Below are positions 15,009-25,189 of a stretch of 64,000 nucleotides of DNA, in pieces. Numbering within the stretch: position 1 is the first letter of the stretch; every line of letters starts with the position of its first letter. This stretch comes from the human T2T-CHM13v2.0 reference genome, Homo sapiens, in the NCBI RefSeq assembly GCF_009914755.1, contig NC_060929.1; one strand, 5' to 3'. The notes below the pieces were generated by a model, which was not told where the DNA came from, made no database searches, and saw nothing but the letters and a program-made list of their open reading frames with translations. A program made the position numbers and the translations under genes.

Positions 15009-15299
15009 ATGGTGGCTGCCCCTCCCCCCACCATGCTCAAGTGTCCCAGGTCGACTTCAGACTGCTGTGCTGGCAGTGAGAATTTCAAGCCAGTGGATCT
15101 TAGCTTGCTGTGCTCCATGGGGGTGAGACCCACTGAGCAAGACCACTCGGCTCCCTGGCTTCAGCCCCCTTTCCAGGGGAGTGAATGTTTCTGTCTTGCT
15201 GGCATTCCAGGCACCACTAGGGTACAGAAAAAAAAAAAAAAAAAAACTCCTGCAGCTAGCTTGGTGTCTGCTCAAATGGCCACCCAGTTTTGTGCTTGA
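15009..15299 (+). CDS. Putative L1 ORF0 homolog (antisense ORF in 5'UTR), 96 aa, open; expression unknown
   Basis: MVAAPPPTMLKCPRSTSDCCAGSEN aligns by eye with L1HS ORF0 N-terminus MAGAPPPASLPPCSLISDCCASN; ATG in strong Kozak gagATGG. Confidence 0.5.
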   Translation: MVAAPPPTMLKCPRSTSDCCAGSENFKPVDLSLLCSMGVRPTEQDHSAPWLQPPFQGSECFCLAGIPGTTRVQKKKKKKTPAASLVSAQMATQFCA

Positions 15300-15689
15300 A
15301 ACCCAGGTCCCTGGTGGTGTAGGCACCCGAGGGAATCTCCTGGTCTGCAGATTGCAAAAACTGTGGGAAAAGCATAGTATCTGGGCTGGAGAGCACCATC
15401 CCTCATGGCACATTCCCTCATGGCTTCCCTGGGCTAAGGCAGGGAGTTCCTTGACCCCTTGCACTTCCTGGGTGAGGTGACACCTCATGCTGCTTCGGCT
15501 TGCCCTCCGTGGGCTGCACCCACTGTCTAACCAGTCCCAATGGGATGAACCAGGTACCTCAGCTGGAAATGCAGAAATCACCTGTCTTCTGCATTGGGCT
15601 CACTGGGAGCTGCAGACCAGAGCTGTTCCTATTTGGCCATCTTGCCTTCAGTCAACTTTCCTCCTTTTTATCGACATTAGTTATTGGTG

Positions 15690-16235
15690 ATTTGACCAGG
15701 AATATCTACTGGGGTATGATTTAGTAGCATATACCAGAAGGCACAAATTGCAGGCTAAATAAGATAGAGATGTAAGCCTCTCATGTTAAAGTTAGTCTGG
15801 AGACAAGAAGGGAAGAAGTGATATGGCAGTTCCATGTTAATCAGGGACTTAGGTTCATACAGTCATTTTAAATTATATTCCTTAATGCTTTACTTGCATA
15901 CTCAAGACTTCCTCATAATCAAAGGAGGCTGTAGATGCTTCAGCTAGCATGTTCATACTCTAGGCAGGAAAGGGAGGGAAGATGGAAACAGAATAATTAT
16001 GAAAATGTTTTCTTCTCAATTTACCAGCCCTCTTTAAGAAGATCTTCTCAATCTTCACCCAGCAATTAAGACTTATGGCATATTAGGCAACTATATTTGC
16101 TAAAGAAGCTAGGGAACTTTTTTGAAAAAAATACATTATTGGGTTATGTTGCCACCAGAGGTAAAAATCAAAATTTTGTTATTAAGGATAAAGAGAACAA
16201 TGAATATTGGCTAGGCAACGAAAATCTCTTTTATA
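15690..16235 (-). mobile_element. Ancient LTR, LTR33-like
   Basis: 'gcttcagctagcatgttcatactctaggcaggaa...tgctaaagaagctaggga...gaatattggctaggcaac' resembles reverse LTR33. Confidence 0.5.
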
Positions 16236-16409
16236 GACATATTATTTTATGTATACTTAAAAATAATTTTTAGCATTTGAAAATAGTTAATATTTTATTG
16301 TAATTTAGGTAATTTTATTTGATTTTGGGTCAAATTACAAGGATGTATTCAGGCACTGTCTCAGATAGCGGTCACCAAAATTTTCTTTTTGAGGTTGCTG
16401 ACATATTTT

Positions 16410-16630
16410 TATAGTATGGTGGGAAGAACTCTTGATTTGAAATCAAGAGAATGTATATAGACTGGATGTTTGATTTGGAACCTGTATTACAACCTCAGTC
16501 AGTTTCCCAGACTCCAGAAAATAAGATAATGATTCATCCTTTAGGATTATTTTTTATGTAAATAAAAACATATAAAGAACAACACATTTAATCCTAAGTG
16601 AGAAATCTTAATAGGTGTGATGTGATCATA
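16410..16630 (+). mobile_element. MIR fragment
   Basis: 'atagtatggtgggaagaactcttgatttgaaatcaagaga...aacctcagtcagtttccc'. Confidence 0.5.
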
Positions 16631-16904
16631 TTATACATATTGCAATATATTTGAAAATGGCCAACTTAGTTTTGGAATCCCAAACAAACAACACATATAG
16701 TAAGATGTCTTTGAATAGTCACCTGATTCACCCTTAATTAATTGAAACCTACATGCCTTAAACAGGAAGTTGACTAACACAGTTTGACTAAAATAGAGTA
16801 GCTTAAATTTAAGTGTTAATATCACAAAAATTTAAGAATGTCATTTGCTTTTAGTTCTATATTGTGAACAGACAACCTAGCCTCTTTCTGAATCCCTTTC
16901 TACA

Positions 16905-17013
16905 GAAGAAGAAGAAGAAGAAGAAGAAGAAGAAGAAGAAGAAGAAGAACAACAACAACAACAACAACAAAAACAACAAGAAAAAGAACAAGAAGACAAG
17001 AAGAAATAATAAT
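16905..17013. repeat. Compound trinucleotide microsatellite (GAA)n(CAA)n...(TAA)n
   Basis: Direct observation; merges into the TAA-rich end of a MIR. Confidence 0.95.
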
Positions 17014-17430
17014 AGGCAAACTTTATTACATGCTTATTATGTGTAAGGCAGTATTCTGTGCACTTTATATATTTCAATACATTTATTTTTTTTTAATTTA
17101 AATTAAGTTCAGGGGTACATGCCCAGGTTTGTTGTATAGGTAAACCTATGTCATAGGGTTTGTTGTAAAGACTCTTTTGTCACCCAGGTATTAAGCCTAG
17201 TACCCATAGTTATTTTTCCTGATCTCCCTCCTCCCACCCTCCACTGTCTGGTAGGCCCTAGTGTCTGTTGTTCCCCTTGCTGTGTCCATGTGTTCTCATC
17301 ATTTAGCTCCCACTTATAAAAGAGAACATGTGATGGCAGCTATTCCACCTGGCTACATATAGTCAGCCATCTTGCCCTGACACCCCCATTTACTTTCATA
17401 AGTCTTTTGAGAAATAAAAGGTACTGAAAT
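17005..17430 (-). mobile_element. MIR interrupted by the mini-L1
   Basis: 'gcttattatgtgtaaggcagtattctgtgcactttatatattt' resumes as 'catttactttcataag' after the L1. Confidence 0.55.
17087..17386 (-). mobile_element. Internally deleted mini-L1 (L1PA13-15 type): ~55 nt 5' end fused to ~245 nt 3' end
   Basis: Minus strand GGGGTGTCAGGGCAAGATGGCTGACTA...GCCATCA|CATGTTCTC...TAAGTGGGAGCTAAATGATGAG...poly(A); candidate TSD catttatttt / catttacttt. Confidence 0.8.
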
Positions 17431-17854
17431 CTCCCAGTCGGCCCATAAATAAAAATGACCTACTGACTGTCTTCCTAAGGCAACCTGCAGCAATAGAAAA
17501 TAAACCGGTTTCCAGTGGCTATTTTTGTTACTGTTAAAATGGTGTTCCTCCCAGAGAAGAGAATGAAGAACTTTGTTTCTTGTTTCTGTGGAGACCTAGG
17601 GGCTTCTAGAAAATCCTATTATTTTTCTCTCATGTTAGCTTTTTATAAATTCTAACACGAATAGTAAAATGTTCAGTATTTTCACCTTATTTTTATTTCT
17701 TTTACTTCTCTTATGGGTATTCCAAGGACAGGATTCAATATTAAATATGGCTTTTGTTTTATATGTAGATTGAGTTCTCTGTGTCAAGGCCCACTTATTT
17801 AGAGGGAAAATGGGATTCTATTTTTGGAATTAAATTGTTGGCCCTTAATCAGTC

Positions 17855-18050
17855 TAGCACGTTTCCATACTTCAGCACTGTTGACATTTTGGACTGGATG
17901 ATTCTTTGTCTTGGAAACTGTTCTGTGTGTTGCAGGATATTTAGCAGCATTTATCAAGAGCGTCTACTCACCAGATGCCAGCAGCACTCCTCTGATATGA
18001 CAACCAAAAATATACCAAAAGTGCAAAATCACCCCAGTTGAGAACAACTA
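17855..18050 (-). mobile_element. MER20 (hAT-Charlie DNA transposon)
   Basis: 'gcactgttgacattttggactggatgattctttg...caaaatcaccccagttgagaacaact' = reverse MER20. Confidence 0.85.
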
Positions 18051-18216
18051 GACTCTAGTAGTTTAGTTCAAATATAAAATGAAGCTTGATGGTGGGATCA
18101 ATTTGATGACAATGAGAAAAAAAAGTTAATTTGGTTATTCTAGAAAGATTTTCCTTCAAAAAGCAATGTTAACTAAATAGACAGAACTGTTTTTTCTTTC
18201 TAAACTATATCAGAGG

Positions 18217-19516
18217 TGTATTAGATCATTTTCACCCTGCTGATAAATATATACCTGGAACTGGGAACAAAAAGAGGTTTAATTGGCCTTATAGTACCAT
18301 ATGGCTCAGGATGCCTTAGAATCATGGCTAGTCACTGGCCCCTTTCAGTCACGGCAGGAGCAGCTGGGACACAGGGCACCAAGTCCCTAGGCTGCACACA
18401 GCACAAGGACCCTGGGAGCAGCCCACAAAACCACTTTTTACTCCGGGGCCTCCAGGCCTCTGATGGGAAGGGCTGATATAAATGTCTCTGACATGGCCTG
18501 GAGACATTTTCCCCATTGTCTTTGAGATTAACATTCAGCTCTTGCTACTTATGCAAATTTCTGAAGCTGGCTTGAATTTCTCCCCAGAAAAATGGGTTTT
18601 TCTTTTCTGTCGAATAGTCAGCCTGCAAATTTTCCAAACTTTTATTCTGTGTTTCCATTATAAGACTGAATGCCTTTAACAATACCCAAGTTACCTCTTG
18701 AATGCTTTGCTGCTTAGAAATTTCTTTCTCCACCCAAATTCGTGATGCATTCCATATTTTTAGAAAAAAAAAAAAAAAAAGAAATTTCTTTCTCCAGAAA
18801 CCCTAAATCATCTTTCTCAAGTTCAAAGTTCCACAAGTCACTAGGGTAGAGGCAAAATGCTGCCAGTTTCTTTGCTAAAACATAACAAGAGTCACCTTTG
18901 CTCCAGTTCCCAACAAATTCCTTATCTCCATCTGAGACCACCTCAGCCTGAACCTTATTGTTCATATTGCTATTAGTATTTTCAGCAAAGCCATCCAACA
19001 AGTCTCTAGGAAGTTCTAAACTTTCCCATATTTTCTTGTCTTCTTATGAGCCCTCCAAACTGTTCCAACCTCTGCCTGTTACCGAGTTCCAAAGTCGCTT
19101 CCACATTTTTGGGTATCTTTTCAGCAATGTCCCTCTCTACTAGTACCAATTTACTGTATTAGTCTGTTTTCATGATGCTGATAAAACCTACCCAAGACTG
19201 GGAAGAAAAAGAGATTTAATTGGACTTACAGTACCACATTGCTGGGGAGGCCTCAGAATCATGGCGGGAGGTAAAAGGCACTTCTTATATGGCATCAGCA
19301 AGAGAAAAGAAAAGAGGAGGAAGCAAAAGTGGAAGCCTCTGATAAACCCATCAGATCCTGTGAGACTTATTCACTATCACAAGAATAGCATGGGAAAGAC
19401 CAGACCCCATGATTCAATTACCTTCCCTTGGGTCCCCCCACAACCACAACGCATGGGAATTCTGGGAGATATAATTCAAGTTGAGGTTTGGGTGGGGACA
19501 CAGCTGAACCATATCA
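18217..19516 (-). mobile_element. THE1A MaLR provirus with internal deletion (full LTR 19155-19516, internal ~18330-19154, truncated LTR 18217-~18329)
   Basis: THE1A-type LTR 'actgggaagaaaaagagatttaattggacttacag...gataaacccatcagatc...ccatatca'; THE1-int ORF remnant 'VQAEVVSDGDKEFVGNWSKGDSCY'. Confidence 0.9.
18731..18779 (+). pseudogene. RNU6: 5'-truncated U6 snRNA retrocopy (last 31 nt) with poly(A) tail
   Basis: cacccaaattcgtgatgcattccatattttt vs U6 3' end CACGCAAATTCGTGAAGCGTTCCATATTTTT (3 mismatches), then AG + A-run, 17-bp TSD agaaatttctttctcca (18716-18732 / 18780-18796). Confidence 0.92.
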
Positions 19517-20719
19517 GCAGGGGTTCTATGTACCTTACTTAAGCATTAGCCAAATATACAGCTTATTCTATGTATTTCCTATAAATATTTGTAAGAAGAT
19601 TGTTAAATAGGAAATTTATATTATTTTTGCTACGTATAGGCCTAATAGTCACATAAAACAAATGTAATAGATTTACTTCTGCTCCATAACATGGTATATA
19701 GCAGGACAATAAAATATACCAATACTAGAAATGAATGAAACAGCAGAGCAAACTGAAGAGTCATTCTAAATCCAGACAGTCCTCAGAAGTTAGGGGTTCA
19801 CAGAGTATTAATTCAAAATCAGAGTGAACTAAAAGCCACACATCAAGATGGAGTAATAGACTGAAGTCAGGCAAGCTGACAGATTTTAGAGAAGCAGTAC
19901 ATCTAGAGTTAGTGTACCTCAAGTTAGAGAGGAGCCCTATCTCACAAATGTAGATTTTTAGAGCCAGACTCAGCAACTGATATCCCAGGGCAGACTACTG
20001 TATAGCATTATCCATTTAGGGGATGCTGAAAATTACCAAGAACAGTTTAAAAAGATGAGGAAATATTTAAATGTATACTTAAAGACAGAAGAAAATGGTG
20101 ACTACGTAATTCATATTTAGAGAAGATCAAATAGAAATACGACAGTACTCTATAAAGATACACAAAGTGAGGGGCACATAAACTAAATTAAATGACTGTA
20201 CACTTACAGCTACTAAGAATAATATAAGTGAAATTTCCTGACTTCTTCTCTAGTGTTTTTCTTTTTTTTTTCTGTTGCTCAGTGTTTGTTTTAGACAAAT
20301 AAAACATTTCTGATTTTAGCACAGAGGTTTATGCAGCATATTTTAAAAAGTGATTAGCTATATTTCTATGGCTATGGATAAGGTAATAGATTTTATCAAT
20401 GAATGAAACTGACAGCAAGATGATTAGTGTACAGAAGAGTTTTTAAAAACACACTTTTCCTCCACATCACGTTTTCTTTTTTCTTTTTCTTTTTTCTTTT
20501 TTTTTTTTTTTTTTTTTGCTTATCTGGGAAATTACTCCAATTGTGAAAGTCATTTCCTTGGTACATATAATATTATTTGTATATTATCTCTTTACCATAT
20601 CTTCAAGCATATTAAAGGATAAAATGTCTCTTTTGTGCTTTCCATGTTTTCATAAATCTTCCACATATTATATGTAGTATAATGTAAACAACATACATAT
20701 TATATTATGTTATATTGCC

Positions 20720-21079
20720 AAGCAGAGATCTGACTTCACCAGTGTGGGCTGGCATTATCCAATCCCTAGGGCCCAAACAATGAACAAAAAGCCAGAAGGG
20801 CAAATTATCTCTCACTCTTTTTGAGCTGGGACATTAATCTTCTACCCTCAGACACTGGAGCTCCTGGTTCTCAGGTCTTCAAATTCTGGGGCTAATACCA
20901 GCAACCCCCTCCCTTCTTGGACCTTTGGGCTGGGATAGGTCATAAAACCTCTTGGGCTACATGAGAATTTAAACCAATTTTCATAGTAAATTTCATACAC
21001 ATACACACATATATGTATATATATGTATATTATATTTGTATATATAATGTTATTTGTTCTGTTTGTCTGGAGAATCCTG
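20720..21079 (+). mobile_element. MLT2-family (ERVL) LTR fragment
   Basis: 'gtgggctggcattatccaatcc...gagctgggacattaatcttct...ggagctcctggttctcagg...gttctgtttgtctggagaatcctg'. Confidence 0.75.
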
Positions 21080-21085
21080 TCAGGG

Positions 21086-21791
21086 TTCTACACAACAACA
21101 ATGAACCATTTCTCGAACGGTTTGTGATGTGAGACGAAAAGAGGATTTTATATGACAACCAGTGACAACCAGTTCAATGGTTGCACTGAAAAGAAGCTCC
21201 AAAGCACTTTCCAAAGCCAAACTTGCACCAAAAAGTGGTCATGGTCATTGGTGGTCTCCTGCCGGTCTGATCTTTCTAATCCCAGTAAAACCATTACATC
21301 AGAGAAGTATGCTCAGCAAATCGATGAGATGAACCAAAAACTGCAATGCCTGCAGCCAGCATTGGTCAACAGAAAGGTCCCAATTCTTCTCCATGACAAC
21401 GCCCAAACCGCAAGTCATACAACCAACACTTCAAAAGTTGAACGAATTGGGCTACAAAGTGTTGCTTCATCTGCCATATTCACCTGGCCTCTTGCCAACC
21501 AACCAATGACTACTGCTTAAAGCACCTTCACAACTTTTTGCAGGAAAAACACTTCCACAACCAGCAGGATGCAAAAAAAAAAAAAAAAAAAAAAAAAAAG
21601 GTGCTTTTCAAGAGTTCATTGAATCCCAAAGCATGGATTCTTACACTCCAGGGATAAACAAACATTTTTTGTTGGCAAAAACGTGTTGATTGTAATGGTT
21701 TCTATTTTGGTTAATAAAGATGTGTTTAATCCTAGTTATAATGATTAAAAATTCACAAGCCAAAACCGCAATTACTTTTGCATCAACCTAT
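21086..21791 (+). mobile_element. Hsmar1 mariner transposon, 3' half with right TIR (transposase pseudogene)
   Basis: Translates to 'NNNEPF..EAPKHFPKP..TITSEKYAQQIDEMNQKLQCLQPALVNRKVPILLHDNA' as in Hsmar1/SETMAR; TIR aaaaccgcaattacttttgcatcaaccta at 21762-21790. Confidence 0.93.
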
Positions 21792-23549
21792 TTGAAGAAT
21801 AATAGTATTCTAAATGCTCCTTGAAGCACAAACTAATAGTTAAGAGAGACCAGGGGATCCAAACTTAAGTATATTTCACATTAAAATCTTGTTCTTTTAC
21901 TGTACCCAATGTTTATGGCCAATATTCCAACTATTTATTCTCTTAATCGTTTCCATTTGTCAAGTAAAATCAATTTGGAGATTGTGATTTCTTCAAATTA
22001 ATGAAAAAGCAAATTAAATTCTATCAATGATAAGTTTAAATTATAAAGAATTTTAATCTTTACATAAGAGCTTCATTGCAACTAATAAAAATTTTCACCA
22101 GGAAATTATATTCATATTTGTGACAATTTTCTGTTTTATAAACCAATCAGTGTGAAAGAGAATCATTCCTTTACTCAATGTAAGTAATTTCAAGCTTAAT
22201 TCTAAAACTAATGACTTAATTCTTGTTAGCATCCCTTTTCCTGTGCCCCTTTCTCCCTTCACATCATGGAATTGCAATAAATTTTACTCTATTATAGATT
22301 CTCATAATTGGAAAAATAAATAGAATATGAATCCTTACATTTTTTAATTTAAAAAAACTTAAGGTTAACCAATTTTACAAATCATCAGTATATTTTAGGC
22401 AATAGGTTAAAATTCAAAATTTTTATTTGAAAACTAAGTTGTTCTATATTAAGTAACTACAGATTGTGGGGGTAGATTGCACATACTTCTTTCTTTCCAG
22501 GCTCCCAGAAAAGTAATGCCATTGCTGGTTTCCCCTCTTGGTGAATTATTACAATATCAATAAGCAAAGAGTTTGGTCTATTGGGTTTCACCAAATCTGC
22601 TGATTAATGAACAATATTCTATATTTTCTAAGGTGTTGCAAATGTATTTTTCTACCATTGTGTTGTCAGTTATAATTAAACATAAAAGCGGCCTTCAAAT
22701 GAGAAAGATCAATACATTATGAAGCTTTGGCTGGTACTTGCTGCCTAGGTAAAATAAGGCAACACACATTTCAATAATTCTTTCAAAAGCTGAGTTTGCC
22801 CTCTGCAAAAATTCTCACTGGACTCTTCTCTAGGAGTGATAGTCTTTGAAAACTGTTGAGTAATGAATGAGAGCTCATGATGAAAAGTTTCTCTTTCTTA
22901 GTCATTCACTCTATACTCTATCTGAATTCAGAACATTCCTATCATTCCTATGTTCTGTTCTGAACGCAAAACTTTACCCCTAACAAATATGCATTAGACA
23001 GAAAAACATATAATCCTCCTATGGTTTTAATGTAACAACCTATCCTAAATTCATGCTTCAGTGTTTGTTTGTTTTGTTTTTGTTTCTCTTTTCACTGAAT
23101 GTGTTAACATTGAGAGTAAGGCACCGCAGTACAATTTGGAGTGAATGGAGTGAAGAGAGTGTAAGCTTCTTCAGCACTGGAAAACAGGTGGAGAAATTGG
23201 AAAGTCTTATTGACTCTTTGAGAGGGTGTAATTCTTCAGCTTATTGTAAGAGCAGCTTGGCAGTGTATACCAAAATTTTAAACCAGCATTCCATGGTACC
23301 TTATTTTACAGAAGTATTCTCACTCTATATTAAGATATTTGTACAGCGATCCTTGTAGTAGCAGCATTTGTAATTATAATAAAAGTATTATCAATAAACT
23401 GAATGTCCATCAGAAGTGTCATGATTAAATAAATTATGTTAACTAAATGCTCTAGAATACTAAGGAGCCATTAAAAAGTCAATAAGATCTCTCTGTACTG
23501 ATATGGATAAATTAATAACATGTTCACTGTTAATGAAATACAAATTGTG

Positions 23550-24245
23550 TTGTATTTATTTAATAAACACATGTAGTGCATACTAAGTGCTTTAGTTTAG
23601 ATATTTGTCCCCACTAAATCTCATGTTGAAATTCAGTTCCCCTTGTGGGCAGTGTTGGAAGGTGGGGCCTAATAGGAGGTGTTTGGGTCATGCGGCAGAT
23701 CCCTCATGACTGCCTTGGTGCCATTCTCCAGAGAGTAAGTGAATTCTCACTCTATTATTTCCTGTGCCACCTGGTTGTTTAAAAGAGCTGGTACCTCCTC
23801 CTTTCTTTATCTTGCTTTTCTCTCTCACCATGTGTTCTACACAAGCCAGCTGTCCTTCACCTCTGCCATGAGTGGGAGTAGAAGCTCCCTAAATCCCTCA
23901 CCAGAAGTAGATGCAGCTTCTTGTACAATGTGCAGAACTATAAGCTAAATAAACTTCTTTTCTTTACAAATTTACCCAGTCTCAGGTATTACCTTATTGC
24001 TCTGTATAGCAACACAAATAGACTAAGACACTAAGCATCAGATACTCTTTTGAGTGTGTTACAAATATCAGTAGCTATTTGTTTCATAACAGCCTTATGA
24101 AGTGAGACCCCCATTTTCCAAAAGACAAAACTGAGTTATAGAGGTTAAGTCATTTGCCCAACACCACACTACTAAGAAGCAGGAAATAGATTGAAACCCA
24201 GGCAGTCCCTCTCCCGAATTTATCCTTTTATCAACGTGCTAAATC
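23550..24245 (-). mobile_element. MIR split by the MSTB LTR
   Basis: 'ccccattttccaaaagacaaaactgagttatagaggttaagtcatttgcccaacaccacac...ttgaaacccaggcagtc'. Confidence 0.7.
23588..24030 (+). mobile_element. MaLR solo LTR, MSTB/MSTB1-like
   Basis: TGC...GACTAAGACA termini, 'ggtggggcctaataggaggtgtttgggtcatg', perfect TSD CTAAG (23583-87 / 24031-35). Confidence 0.88.
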
Positions 24246-25189
24246 TCAGAACAAAATGTTGAAGGATTTCTTTTTTGTGAAAACATGACTATTTGTGTAT
24301 ATGTAATTATATGGATGCAATACATTTAAAAATGTAGCTTAGACACCAAACTGTAAATAAATTTTACCTCTAAAAAGGTCAAATGAATTGAGAAATTTTA
24401 AAAAATAAAAATAATAAAAGAATTTTGTTTTTAACTTCTGCATTGTATTAATTTTTAAAACTACTCTTAACAACACATAGTACTTGCTGTGGTTATTAAA
24501 TAATTATTTTTAGTGGTACAAACACTCATCCTTTCCAGGAAGACTATTAACGTGCATCAGGTCATTATTTCAAGTCCTGCAATGTTTCAAAGAAGAGTAG
24601 GGCACTGAGATGCTGGACTTGGCCACATTGTTTCTTACTGGGTCAGGAAAGGAAGACGGAGTATTATTTCTATGATTATAAAGACCTCTCACAGAAAATT
24701 GTTGAAATGAGAATGACAAGACATTAACTATTCATATTTTTCCAATTTCAGGATATTTCAAAACAGTACATAGACTTAAATCCCAAGTTTTCTTTGAGAT
24801 TAAAAATCCCCATGACTTCAAATGTGCCTGAAATAAATAACTTGCTACTGTTAGTCTTTTTTATTCTTACAGACTGATATGATGTGACTTTCAATTAATT
24901 AAAAATAAATCTCCTCAGAACTTTACATTAAAGTGACTTCCTGACAAAGGTGGCTAACATTAGACAGAAATCCAACTTCACTGCCTCCATAATTAAAAGG
25001 CTGAATAAGGCCTTTTCATGTACTAGATTCCACCTCAATTGTTTTATTTATAAATTAAAATGTCATTATAATTTTACTTCATTAATTCTTAATAGATGAT
25101 TTGTAGTTGAACATGAAAATAATGATTATTTACAAGCTTTTTATTCACTTAAGTTTATACGTTGCTATTCTTCAAATGAGTACTACAAA

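Larger units (their letters stand above)
9193..15649 (-). mobile_element. Full-length (~6.45 kb) inactivated LINE-1, L1PA7/L1PA8-type
   Basis: 5' end GGCAAGATGGCC (YY1 site, 15635-15646), ~1.35 kb 5'UTR, ORF1 and ORF2 remnants, 3'UTR 'tactttaagttctgggatacatgtgcagaac', short decayed tail, candidate TSD agtcaatttt (9187-9196) / agtcaacttt (15650-15659). Confidence 0.95.
23250..24470 (+). mobile_element. Old L1ME-type 3' fragment hosting a MIR, which hosts the MSTB LTR
   Basis: 'ttggcagtgtataccaaaattttaaa...aaactgaatgtccatcag...ctctgtactgatatgga'. Confidence 0.55.

Noticed and set aside
14330-15724. Cluster of overlapping long ORFs (up to 174 aa)
   Set aside because: By-product of the GC-rich L1 5'UTR; only the ORF0-like frame has recognisable homology
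19235-19253. PRDM9 hotspot 13-mer position in the THE1A LTR
   Set aside because: Reads CCTCCCCAGCAAT on the minus strand, not the CCTCCCTNNCCAC hotspot form
21152-21520. SETMAR-like peptide
   Set aside because: Frameshifted Hsmar1 copy with TIR and no SET domain; not the SETMAR gene
22481-22520. Polypyrimidine-CAG acceptor-like site (also ~7125-7140)
   Set aside because: No convincing donor or reading frame; such sites are common by chance
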